Positions 51,288 through 64,000 of a stretch of DNA of 64,000 nucleotides are shown in pieces (the stretch's first letter is position 1; each line of letters opens with the position of its first letter). A program made the translations under genes and the position numbers. The stretch is taken from NCBI GenBank assembly GCA_046563655.1, contig CM102286.1:4526001-4590000 (forward strand), written 5' to 3'. The notes under the pieces were generated by a model. It ran no database searches and was not told where the DNA came from. It saw only the letters and a list, made by a program, of their open reading frames with translations. Origin of the DNA: Yuukianura sp. NJ FZ-2021 (Eukaryota).

Positions 51288-52046
51288 TCAGTGCTTGAAT
51301 TGCTCCAAAATGTTCATAGGGTATGCTCCGCGAAATGGTCCGTGGTACATAAGGTCATCAGTCTGACCAATGGACCAAATAATGTAAGTGTCCTCGTTCT
51401 AAGAACAAGAAATACAGGAATTAAACACTTCACAGTATTTGAAATCCACATTTCTATTTTTTTTTTAAATTTTACTGTAATCGGAACATCTCCCTCAGCG
51501 TCTCCAGTGTCAAATAGGCGTGTAAATGTCAATTGAGTATGCGTCGTGTTTTGACTGTAGGCTAATAATTCCCAGTTTATAATTTGGTCTGGAATGAGAA
51601 ATCCTTGCATTCCCATGTAGTCCTACCAAAATTACCAAAATGTGAAATTGTTCAATGCAACTAAAAATCCAACAGAAGATGTCCTAACCCCATGGTACGA
51701 CGTTCCATCCGACTTAACTCCTCCAGCAAAAATGTCACCTCCTTCAAATCACAAATTTCAATTAATTGAACCACGTACGTAGTAAAAGTAAGAACTAATT
51801 GAACTTACCCCACATTACTCCATCAGGAGAAATTCCAAATCCGACAAACCCGGTTGTTTGCACCTCAACATTGACAGTAATTGTAGTAGCTTCGAAGTCA
51901 ACGTCAATTCGAAACGAATAGCGTGGATCTACTACAATGACCTCGCCTGAATTCTTGGATTTGGACTTATTACCAGAAAGTAGAACGGTACTATGACATG
52001 CTCCAAATAGAACAACACAGAAGAACGCGAACGCGTTGCAATTCAT
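51288..52046 (-). CDS. Stand-alone secreted DOMON-domain protein (DBH/MOXD1-like DOMON), 4 exons
   Basis: Signal peptide, TTGFVGFGISPDGVMWGGDIF, DQIINWELL, LTFTRLFDTGD..GDVPI, YIIWSIG, MYHGPFRG. Confidence 0.85.
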
Positions 52047-53737
52047 GGCGGTTTTAAGCAAAATCCTTTTCGAAGTAATAAGAAGACCGGCAAAAGCAGT
52101 ACTTTTAATTACAAATATTTGCAATTACTCTGACTTTTTCTAAATTATGCTAAATATTAATGGACTATTGTGAGCCTACGCAGAATTATTTATAAATCCT
52201 GTGTCATTTATTTAATCACAAATACACATCAATGTAAGTGTTTCCAGTTTATACCAAGAGTGATAATATTGTCGAATTATCATGGATCCTATAAAGCCAA
52301 GCTAGATAAAAATTAAAAAAAAAAACACTTGATGTAGAGTGTTAAGTTTCAAAATCAAAAGCTCCGAAAAAAATATCCTGAGTTTGAATCAGTTTCAAAA
52401 TAATTTTCCGAAGGAGCGTAGGAGGATTGAATTATTGAATATCTTAGTGTTTGATGCAATAACATTTGTAATTGCGATTGCGTAAATGTTTCTGGGAAGG
52501 AAGGGCAGAGGTTACCCCGTGACCTCTTCCACCACTATTGTAAACTGTTTCTAAAAGAGGAATAAAAAGGAGTTTTAGGTGTAAGAGTTGTGGCAAATTC
52601 TTGAATAGGTTTTGAAATTGTATGTCCATGAACTGGTTAGGTTCAGAGAAAGAAGAAAGTGTCTGAATTAAGTGCCTGTCAGTCGGAGTGATTGTGTGAG
52701 GTGTGAAAAGAGATTTCCCTTTCACACCAGAGGCCGTGTGAACTTTCTCACCTGAGATTTGAGTTGTTCTTAATGGAACTTTTTCCAGGTCGTTTATCCA
52801 AGACCAACTTTCCCTTTAGCAGTCCATTATGGACCAAAGAGGATCTTCCTGGAAGCCCATTACTTCCTATTAAGTGAAAGATCCATTCATAACTCAACTT
52901 TAAGGGAAAAGAGCCTATTATGACAATACTTACCCCATCAAACCACTTTTCACTTTGCTTTCCAAAATGCTCTTTCCCAGGAGAAAGCGTTTAAACAAAG
53001 TATAACATTTCATCAGGCAAATAATGCTTTTCGGTGGGGGTGAAACCAACCCCTGCTGCTTTTCGAATTATAAACCAAATTTTAGCTGGACTTTCTCCGG
53101 TGGTAGAAATAATTTCATTTTCTATAGACGAAGAACAGCAGATTTTGGAATTCTAAAGAAATTTGAAACAATTCGTGTTTTCCTTTTTGTTAACTGAGAG
53201 TTTAAAAGACTGTAGACAATGCAAAAAGAGCGTGATGGGAAATGGACCATGTGCTGGAAAATATGAAGATTGAATTGGATGAAAGATGAAGTGGGAGAAA
53301 GTAGAAAGTGGTGTTTCGGAAGCAATCATGAGGTGGCATCACCCAAAACACGCAAAACACTAATTAGTAACATCCATTAACTGGTAACAAGTGAACAATG
53401 AACACGAAGTTGGAAAAACATAGAAACTAAAAGCAGAATAGCCTTTCTCTTTGGTTTTCAGTTTTTCAAGTTTCTCATTTCGGAAAAAGTTTTAAAAAGA
53501 AGAATTCTCAAGTTGCAAAAAAAAGCACCGGGCGCGAAAATTGAATTGCTGCAAAGAACTTGCAACAATGTGATGCTCTTGAGCGTTCTTGCAAGATTCA
53601 TTAAGCAAACTTGTCGAAGCGTGACCGCAATGACCTGAATAAATTGTAACAATCGCAACAATAAGATATGATTCTTAAGGCGGTTGGTTCTGAACGCCAG
53701 TTCTTATATTGCAAAAAGTGAGCTCTTCTCAACGGGT

Positions 53738-53823
53738 CCTTCGATAGCTCAGTTGGTAGAGCGTCCGACTGTAGTTGCTTATAAGTTATCGGACGGTCAC
53801 TGGTTCAAATCCGGTTCGAAGGA
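53738..53823 (+). tRNA. trnY-GTA: tRNA-Tyr(GTA) with 13-nt intron (53775-53787)
   Basis: Acceptor stem CCTTCGA/TCGAAGG+A, D arm GCTC/GAGC, anticodon stem TCCGA/TCGGA, GTA at 53771-53773, T loop TTCAAAT, downstream oligo-T. Confidence 0.96.
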
Positions 53824-54681
53824 AATTTTTTTGCTAACTTTTTCCCTTATGAAATTAATCCATTCCACAAACCACAAACGATATCTTTTCATTAAAGAAA
53901 ATGGGGAAGCCAAAGCTTAGAATCCTTTATTTTTGGTTTTCGTCATTTTTCCGTAGGCAGGTACTAATTTTTTGTTCAATTACAGCAGTTAGTAGTGGCC
54001 TAATTCATAAGATAATTCATAACGAGAAAATTATTTTATTTATAAATTATGAAAAAGATGGTTACAATTATTATTAGTCGGCTCTGCATTACACTATTAA
54101 TACCATATTCCTTGTTCTTTTATGATTTTCCAGTTTCAAAAAATAATTTCAAAATTGAGAATCTCGAATTTCGGAAATTTTATGAATTATTCAAATTTGT
54201 CGTGCTTAAAACCTTTGTAATTTCGTTTCTTCGAATCTCGAGGTATTAAAATCTTTTTGATTTTTTTTTTCAAAAAAGGTCCTAGGTTTAAAAAGAAATC
54301 ACAAATTTTGTACCGCAGTAAATCAAATGGCGGTTGGGTTGGTTGGAGGGAAGACTTTCACCGAAGTGAAAGTAGCATTACTTAACTTTACTATTAAGCT
54401 CCTAAATTTCACTTTACTGGAGCTGAGTACGGTAGGACTTTCCCCAGGTTTGAATCTAGCCAATTCGAGTGGATCCTGCAAAGTGGACGCTCCCTAAGCT
54501 CCTCCCTTATTTAGCAACTTGGTTTACAGCCTCGCTGGTGATGAAAACGAAGCATTTCAGTTTCAAAGCTTCCTATTAGTTTTTAGTGGTCACTTATCCG
54601 TCCAGGAGCAAGTTCGACCACAAGTTAACACAGATTTTGAAACTTCTTAAGAAACAGCGTTTTAACAGTAGTTTTAACGTA

Positions 54682-56695
<2,014 letters not shown>

Positions 56696-56873
56696 AACAT
56701 AAAAACAGTGAAGAGTGTAGCCAGAAATAAAGTTGAGTAAAATAAATTGATCTCACTTTCGACTAAATTATCATAGAAGACAGGAAGATTGACTGGAAAA
56801 TCAACAAATTTTTATTTATAGTCCCAAACAACTAAATTTTTAGCTACAACGGCGGCAGAAGTCCACGTAAGAT

Positions 56874-57689
56874 TTACAGTTTGGTCTTCTCGTCTTGTTC
56901 AGACTCTGTAGACTCTGGATCGGGCGTGTCTTGATGAGCGTTGTCAATTTCGGGCAAACTGGAAACACGAAACACGATTTCAAACTCAGATCATCTCAAC
57001 AAAAGTTTTCTTTGTCTAAATTAGTTGACTTACGCATGAACTTCTGCCTCTGCTTGCTTTGCAACTTTCGATTGACTGTTAAAGTAATCTTTTCTGGCTT
57101 CTTCCAATAAAACATTGTGTATCAAATTCGGATTTGCTCTGGTATTGACCGGACCGGGAAGTGGTGGATAAGGGTTCCCTCGTAGCTCAAGGACGGCTCG
57201 CTCGTACCTTTCATAGGTTCCATCTAGTGTTATTGAATCAAAGTAAACAAGTTAATTAAGTGAATCAGAGACAATGATTGATAAAATTTCCCTAAAAATA
57301 GCAATACCGAGGTTAGCAGAGGACGGAGCTCGAAGCATTCTAGTGAACGGGACCCCGGCAGGCCAAGATTCATATCTTGGTGCTAAAACTTTGAACAATT
57401 TTGGAACCAACGTTTTGTCTTCCAGCCAGAAGTCGGCTAATTTCATTGTTGGCTGGTGTGTATCACCATATCGAAGGGCTTCCGATATGAGTCTTTCAGC
57501 GTATGGTCTCGCCTCATCTGCACGGTGATAATTCAGTTCGATTCTCTCATGACGTACCAGAGCAGTAACTGTTTTGCGCATAAATTTAAGCCGTCCAAAT
57601 AACCCTTCTACATTCCTGAACCTCCTGTGCTTTGGAAGCACCTTCAACGGCAGTGCCGATACAAGGTGCGCCAGTCGTGATTGATTCAT
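56874..57689 (-). CDS. mRpL17: Mitochondrial ribosomal protein L17
   Basis: RKTVTALVRHERIELNYHRADEAR.YAERLI, LVPKLFKVLAPRY, AVLELRGNPYPPL, LIHNVLLEEARKDY. Confidence 0.95.
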
Positions 57690-57775
57690 CTTATAGAATG
57701 TTCGTCGATTCACTTGGCTTGCAGTGATTGGATTTGATTATAGGCAGATGAATTATTCTCACGCACTGAATGAAA

Positions 57776-58085
57776 TCAATCTTTAGTGTTCGGATTTGAA
57801 TCTTTAGCAAGCTCTGGATATCTAGCACGAAACAGCTCAGCCGCAATTCTTTCGTTCTTGTAACGGCGAGATTGCCTTGAGAAAATAAGATTTATGTAGG
57901 AATTGAATATTTCACACTTGAAAATTGAAATGTTCGCATTTAAACTGAAATAAAAGTTTTTTTTCTTACGCCAGCCAATATCTACCGGTCTGGTAGTAGA
58001 AAACTCCACAAGCAACGGCAGCAGCGATACCCAGAACAAGAGGTATTCGTTTTATTCTGTTCCTCCTCACTTCTTCAGGCGTCAT
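57776..58085 (-). CDS. Orphan 71-aa single-TM microprotein (2 exons)
   Basis: MTPEEVRRNRIKRIPLVLGIAAAVACGVFYYQTGRYWLA|QSRRYKNERIAAELFRARYPELAKDSNPNTKD*; GTAAG donor and pyrimidine-rich acceptor splice in frame. Confidence 0.65.
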
Positions 58086-58102
58086 TGATAACTCATAAGC
58101 GT

Positions 58103-58330
58103 TTACTCCTCTCCCGCACCTCCCTCCGTAGACGCAAACTCCAGGGTCGTGTTGGAAGAAGGTTCGAATTGAAAGGATTCAGTTACAGAATCAGACTCAG
58201 ATGACACAATTTTCTTGTTTTTAGAAGCTTGCTGAAAGATCGGTTTCCAGATGTAGTAGCCAGCGGCAACGCCAACGACAGTAACGGCAACGATATCTAA
58301 AGTTCTTAGTCCCCTTCGACGAATTTTCAT
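58103..58330 (-). CDS. PIGBOS1-like mitochondrial membrane microprotein
   Basis: MKIRRRGLRTLDIVAVTVVGVAAGYYIWKPIFQQ matches the PIGBOS1 pattern (RRL...LGIAGGVYIFQPVFEQ) from memory. Confidence 0.7.
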   Translation of the reverse strand: MKIRRRGLRTLDIVAVTVVGVAAGYYIWKPIFQQASKNKKIVSSESDSVTESFQFEPSSNTTLEFASTEGGAGEE

Positions 58331-59463
58331 AACTGAAAGGACGAGGCTGAGTTGCAGTTTCATTCTACAGTCCAAGGTGGTTGGTGGTTGGTGGAAGGAC
58401 GAAAACAGTGCAGAATATTACATATTTGTGTGGGGACGTGCTGAGATAATAAATAGAAATACTCTTACCAACTCTCCACGAGGAAGGCGACAAATCCGGG
58501 GGCGAAGACCGATAACTAATCCGTCAAAATTGGCAAACTCCTGTTGAAAAGAAATCATATGATTCATAAATTCCACTTCCTCTCTGAACTCCCTTAGCCT
58601 TCACCCTTCCCGTTCCCATTAACCTTTCAAAACTCAATTACAACATGCAAAGTGATATTGGCTGGCTTACCGGGTCAGTAGCTATCTCGTTGTCGGTTGA
58701 CAGATCTTAATTAACTGTAAATCAAGAAACATTAATTGCAAAGACACAAGCAATTAATGATTAAAAGCCGAAAATGTGAATCTAGTTTTTTATGTTGATC
58801 AGCTGACTAGAGTAACGCATACCCACACATCACCGTTATCATCATAGCGGCATGGATGGACATTCCCGTTCCGGAATGATGTTCCCAATACATTATGTAC
58901 TTTAATCCTGTAATTATTCATGTAATTTTGTGGAAACACAAATGAGCGACCAGTATATTTGCAGTAATTGTGTAGTGAAAATTTAATCATTTCAATTCCA
59001 GAGATATACTAGTAATTAACATCTAATAATTAATATAAACTAATGCAATTCAATAATCTCAATATGATGTCTAACCGCCGGCGGGAATATTCTCATCATT
59101 GATATTCAAATTCCATTTGTTGTGTTTATGTTTTGTGAATTGTGAAATTGTTACTGATTGATTGTGGTTTGTCTTTGTTTTGTGGATTACCTTACCGCTA
59201 TAGATTTACATAGTAGGCACGTAATAAATTATAAATTACATAGATACATATTATTAAATAATATTATAAATAATAAAATAATTGGGGTGTTTAATTTAGC
59301 TGTTTTCGAACCTAACCTGTCAAATCGATCAATTATAGCTGCTTGACACTTGCCCCAATCTAGCCCCTAGTGGCTGGCTATTCATCAAGAAATCGGACCG
59401 GAGGGACACTGACACTACAGTAACTACATATTTACATCTGAAGACGGGACAACGTTAACGAAC

Positions 59464-60323
59464 ATGGGAAGCGATGACGAAGTCGGGTATGATAGGGGCT
59501 TATTTGGTGATGATGACGGAGACGGTGCTTCCATAATAGCTTCAGATGACGATACGGATATTCGTCGTCGCAGTGCTGGGGACACTCAGTCGAAGGGGTC
59601 AGACAAAGGGTCAGGAGATGAAGACAATGAAAAAAAGAACGAAGAAAAAGGTGAAAATAAAATCCGACCTTTGAAGCTTAGATGCTATTTTATAATACGT
59701 ATTATTCCTCATTCACATTGATATGCTCGTTTTTCAGATACTAAGAAACCATTAGCAGCTAAACGAAAAGGTCCCGTTAGGCATGTGTTACTGGATGAAG
59801 ACACGTACGGAACTTTTTCGTTAATTTCAATTTATATATGATCAGCAAGGGGGAACACTTGCTAATTTTGTTGTCACATCACAATAGACTTTGCGGAAGA
59901 AACGGATTGATCAAAATTGAAGAAGTATTCAAGGACTTCAAATTCCTTGGAAAGGGGCATGAGCAGCAAGATCTGGACCGGGTTTTGCATAAACTGGAAC
60001 ATTGGGTTCACGTATTGCATCCGAGGTATCCGTTTGATCAGACACTGGAACGTATTGAGTACCTTGGAGCCAAGAAGCCCAGAGTGAAAACATACGTGAA
60101 GAAAATCCGAATGGGACTAATTTCTTCTACTGAGAAAGAAGATGACTTTCTGAATTTAGTCAACGACTTGAGCAGTGACGATAACGCTGACGTTATTGGA
60201 GAGGCACCTCAAGGCCAACAAACTTCTGAACCTACTGCTGGCCTGGAACCAGAGTTTGACGATCAATTTCCGGATGACTTCCCCGATATCCCTGAAGAAA
60301 TGTTGCTGGATGACAACTTTTGA
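59464..60323 (+). CDS. Tipin: TIMELESS-interacting protein (Swi3/Csm3 family)
   Basis: Acidic N-terminus; KFLGKGHEQQDLDRVLHKLEHWVHVLHPRYPFDQTLERIEYLG.KK..VKTYVKKIRMG. Confidence 0.92.
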
Positions 60324-60625
60324 AGTATTTTTGTATGACTCAAAAACGAAAAGGAGAAATTTGGAACACGTAATTACAAACTACCAACAATTAATCATTC
60401 ATTACTGAGCTCGGTATGTTTTAATTTAATGTCAAACACTACTAGTATTTTCTTTTCCCTTATTCAGTTAAGAATTTTCTCTGCCATTAACATAATTCAG
60501 TAAAGAAAAGGCTTCCCACGTATCACAATTGTAATTTCAACCCGGTTTTTTGTTCTTTATAAGACGTTCTTGACCTACGAGAAGAGGTTTATTTTTAACA
60601 ACTTGTGAGTTTTTGTTTTTACAGG

Positions 60626-61412
60626 ATGAACTTTATTTTTTCGAAAATGTTTCTTCAAATATTTCTTTGCATCTGCTGCTGCTGTATGATCAATATTCAC
60701 GCTTCACGATCAAATGCTGCTTACAGTGTTCCAGAACGAAGTGACTTTAGGTTAATTCCTAAACAAATACTGAAAAAAAAAGGTCTTTTAACTCTTTACT
60801 AATTTTGTTTTTTCTTTTTCGTATTTTAGGCCCGAACCCAATACCATCAATGTACTGGCGGAACCCCTACCAACAGCAACTACAGTATTCACATCTACTG
60901 TTTCTCCAGAAGAAACGATGAGGAATCCACCTTTACTAGAAAGGCCTCGTGTCAAAGTGCCGAACGGAGTCCTGAAACGAAGTATCCGAAGTATTCAGCC
61001 GGAAATTGTGAAACGGCAGGGCCGTCAAGGTCTTGGGTTNNNNNNNNNNNNNNNNNNNNNNNNNNNNNNNNNNNNNNNNNNNNNNNNNNNNNNNNNNNNN
61101 NNNNNNNNNNNNNNNNNNNNNNNNNNNNNNNNNNNNNNNTTACTGCCTGGACTATCTACTCCTCAAGCATTGTTACTCATGCGACAGCAAGAGGAGGCAA
61201 TGGCGACTGCCCTTTTGCAACAGCAAATGCTTTCCCTCCGTAACCAGCAACCTTACAACCACGTTGTACGACGACCACATCGCTATCAGGAGTACGACGA
61301 TGATGAAAGCGAAAGCGACGAGGACGATGAGTTTGACAGTGCCGAATTTATGTCATACCCAATTCGTATGGGTTTCATTCCGCCGATGCCCGGATTCCCT
61401 GGAAAACGGTAA
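60626..61412 (+). CDS. Secreted prepropeptide-like protein spanning an assembly gap
   Basis: Hydrophobic signal sequence, in-frame splice to 60830, KR sites, ends ...PGFPGKR*. Continuity across the N gap is unproven. Confidence 0.55.
61040..61139. other. Assembly gap (100 N)
   Basis: Run of 100 N; probably a placeholder of unknown true length. Confidence 0.99.
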
Positions 61413-64000
61413 AAGTTGGCGTTTGGTTCCGGGACTCGTAATGTCGTCATTTTCGTTTTTAATTTAGGTTTTATTGCATGACTTGTTTTTTTTTTTTGTT
61501 ATTTGGAAATTAAAACTGTGTGATTTAGAAAAAATCGTGTCCGTAAATCAACGTCGCATTTGTGTGACACGCCCTTAACATTTTTGCTTCGTATCCAGAA
61601 TCCAATGACCCAATTTTCATGAATCAACTTTCTGCAAAATCGATATCTCCCTAATATTACGCTTCGAAGGCATTTGTTTTACCCAAAATTGATCGTAAGC
61701 GAAAAGTATCTAAAAATACCAGCGAGGCAACAAGTTTGTTTTCAGGTTTGCTTCAGTGATTTTCCTAATAAGCATTTCTCATAGCCAGTTTATTTGCAGA
61801 ATACTAATCCGAAAGTGAGTCGCGTGATGCAATTTCGGTTCACCTAAAAAAAATCCCCGAATTCCTTCGTGCTGATTCGTCTAGTGTGGTTCTTACCCAC
61901 GGTTTTGGTAACCTTACAAGGGGATCCTACTTTGAATCATCCTGTACATTAAAAATCTATACGGACACTAGTGTTACTATAACGGTGAAATCGGTTGGGT
62001 GTCGCGCAATACCCGGCTATAAAGTACCACCCAACCAAAAAAAAATTTTTTTGCAACACTACTTTCGTTTTCATTTCTTTCGTGGCCTACGTGCTGCCAA
62101 ATAATAAGCCTATCTACACAAATTGTGTCTATCCAACACTTTCACTTTTGCAGAATTTCTGAGTGATTTGGTTTGTCGCGTGTTGTTTATAAGCAAAGTA
62201 ATTAAATCCAGGTATTTCACTTTTTTGTTTGGTGTTTGTGCTGTGTCTCTGTGTGCGTAGGGCTTAACAAACTTTCTTTTATACAAAAAGTTACATTTAA
62301 TCGCAGGATTTGGTCAATGTCAGTCAGTAGTACCCACAGGCACACCTTAATTTTCATACAATTTACATGACGCACTAAGGAATTTTCGAGGAGCGGATAC
62401 ACGGAGTGTGAAAAGCACCAAACTTTTAATTTTTAATCACAATTTTATTAAGACTGCTGTAGTCATTAATCAGCTGCTTAGTCATCCTCATTATCTTGTG
62501 ATGAAGTAAACACTGGACGTGTTAGCAGTTAATATTGCGTAAGGTGTGACATAACGTAGGTAGTATAACTTACCTACGCTTAATTCTTATCGAGGAGGCG
62601 TTAGCGTTTAACATTCTTATCGGTCAGCTGAGCTTTAAGGGCACCCACCGACCCACCCATTCCATTGAGTTCGTTGACCTCCACGGCCTTCCTCATCTGT
62701 GTTTCTGTGTCGTCCGTGGGTGGTAGAATTATAAGGTAAGTTTAATTTGTTTACACTTTAGTGTCTACAATTGCAAATTGTGTATTGTTATTTTCCTTCT
62801 TTTGTCCTTTCACATGATGTGTTTTCGATTTTCGTTAGATAATAGTAGTTACTTGAATGAAATGAGATCATTGACCTAACCTAACATATTCATTTATTGA
62901 AACCATTGACAAGTTAAAGTCGTTATGATCACTTTACAAAACGTCACCAGTCGTCGTCGACGGAACATAAAATTCTGCATTATTAATGTTTTGCGTTTTT
63001 GGTTTTACAGGGTTAACGGTTGACTACGTCAGTTCGCTGTTTGTCGGAATCCGGAAATACACTAAACATTCGGAATCGAAACTACCTCCAAGCCCCAGAA
63101 TTAAGGTAAACATCTTAACTGTTTATTAATGATTGTGCCTTGAATATTGGAAAATTGCTACATCTAATAGTACTTACAAATAAACTGATCATCCAGCAGT
63201 GCTGGTCCAGCACGTAGAACGTAATAAGGGGCATAAAATTCCTTGGAGTCAAATAGTTCCTAATTTTATAATGCACTTCACCCAATGCTGCTGCGATCCC
63301 ACCATGAGATGTATTCGTGCATTGGTGAAACGGGGGATGCGATGACTGAAAAACCAAAGTTATCCGGCTAAGACCATAAACTCTAAAACCCACATCCACC
63401 GATGCCTATTTTTGAACCAGTGACATCAATGACTAATTAGCTAGATCTTCCTGTTTTGTCACGTTTTTGTTCCTAGGAAATCAAGGTCGAGAACCGGCTA
63501 GCAACAGACTTCCCTGTTGTGGACGTATCGTTAATCAAAACTACTTTCAAACAATAGGTGGATTGTGTTACGTGTTAACAAAGTTAACTAAACTGTTTCC
63601 TAGTAGTTACAAGCAAAACGAAAGTTTGTTCGAGGTCCAGTTTCTAGAAAATTCCGACTAAAATCCACTAGTTAACCGGGAATGTCCTGTGGAACGGTTG
63701 ATGGTTTTGTTATGATAACAATGCAAATCATTCCTGAATAACTCACTTGCTTTCATTTAATTGACCAAGAATTGCGTTAACTTGTTTTGGCCGGAAAATC
63801 GACTACTAAATTAAATAATTAAAGTTAATTTTACTTTTATTCTTTTCAAACCAAAATTACAGGGTTGGCCATTGTTAGACCACTTCTCATCTCAAAGACT
63901 CAATTTAGGCTCCTTCTCTTGGATTCATGTCAAGATCAACTCAATGTCATTCGCCCGTGCTTACAACCTCCGACTAAAATTCTCTTTTCATTTCTTTTAC

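Noticed and set aside
52444..53340. Coding-like stretch with an apparent minus-strand intron and a CKSCGK word
   Set aside because: All frames carry stops and no family is recognisable; could be a decayed gene or TE but cannot be supported.
58990..59330. AT-rich tract with AACCTAACCT motif upstream of Tipin
   Set aside because: No termini or TSD found; cannot separate a TE remnant from promoter sequence.
62600..63110. Apparent splice sites (donor about 62736, exon about 63011-63105)
   Set aside because: Probably 5' UTR exons of a gene beyond the window; no CDS to support a call.

Overview
Gene-dense, AT-rich eukaryotic DNA with short introns, from an arthropod (the gene content suggests a springtail-like hexapod; inference only). 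The first 18 kb hold the 3' part of a bark beetle/anakonda gene. Its first visible intron contains a 7,024-bp antisense Ty3/Gypsy-type LTR element (453-7476) with near-identical LTRs, a TTGAA target-site duplication, PBS and PPT. The element has an intact gag, an intact -1 frameshift signal and a catalytically dead protease, has lost RT/RNase H/integrase, and carries a decayed env-like gene resembling class III (rhabdovirus G-like) glycoproteins. Next come two tandem pancreatic-type lipases (one with GHCLGC in place of GHSLGS), a gustatory-receptor-like gene, a fungal/bacterial-type bestrophin (HGT candidate), Arl5, two paralogous 4-TM orphans, a Ly6/quiver-like gene, a GDAP1-like GST, glyoxalase I and a tandem SLC22 pair. 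The rest holds several small secreted or membrane genes, an intron-containing tRNA-Tyr, an lms homeobox gene, a tightly packed PIGBOS1-like/orphan smORF/mRpL17 trio (candidate polycistronic mitochondrial unit), Tipin, and a candidate amidated peptide precursor interrupted by a 100-N gap. Multi-exon genes are given as start-to-stop spans. All family assignments come from manual motif recognition, not database searches.
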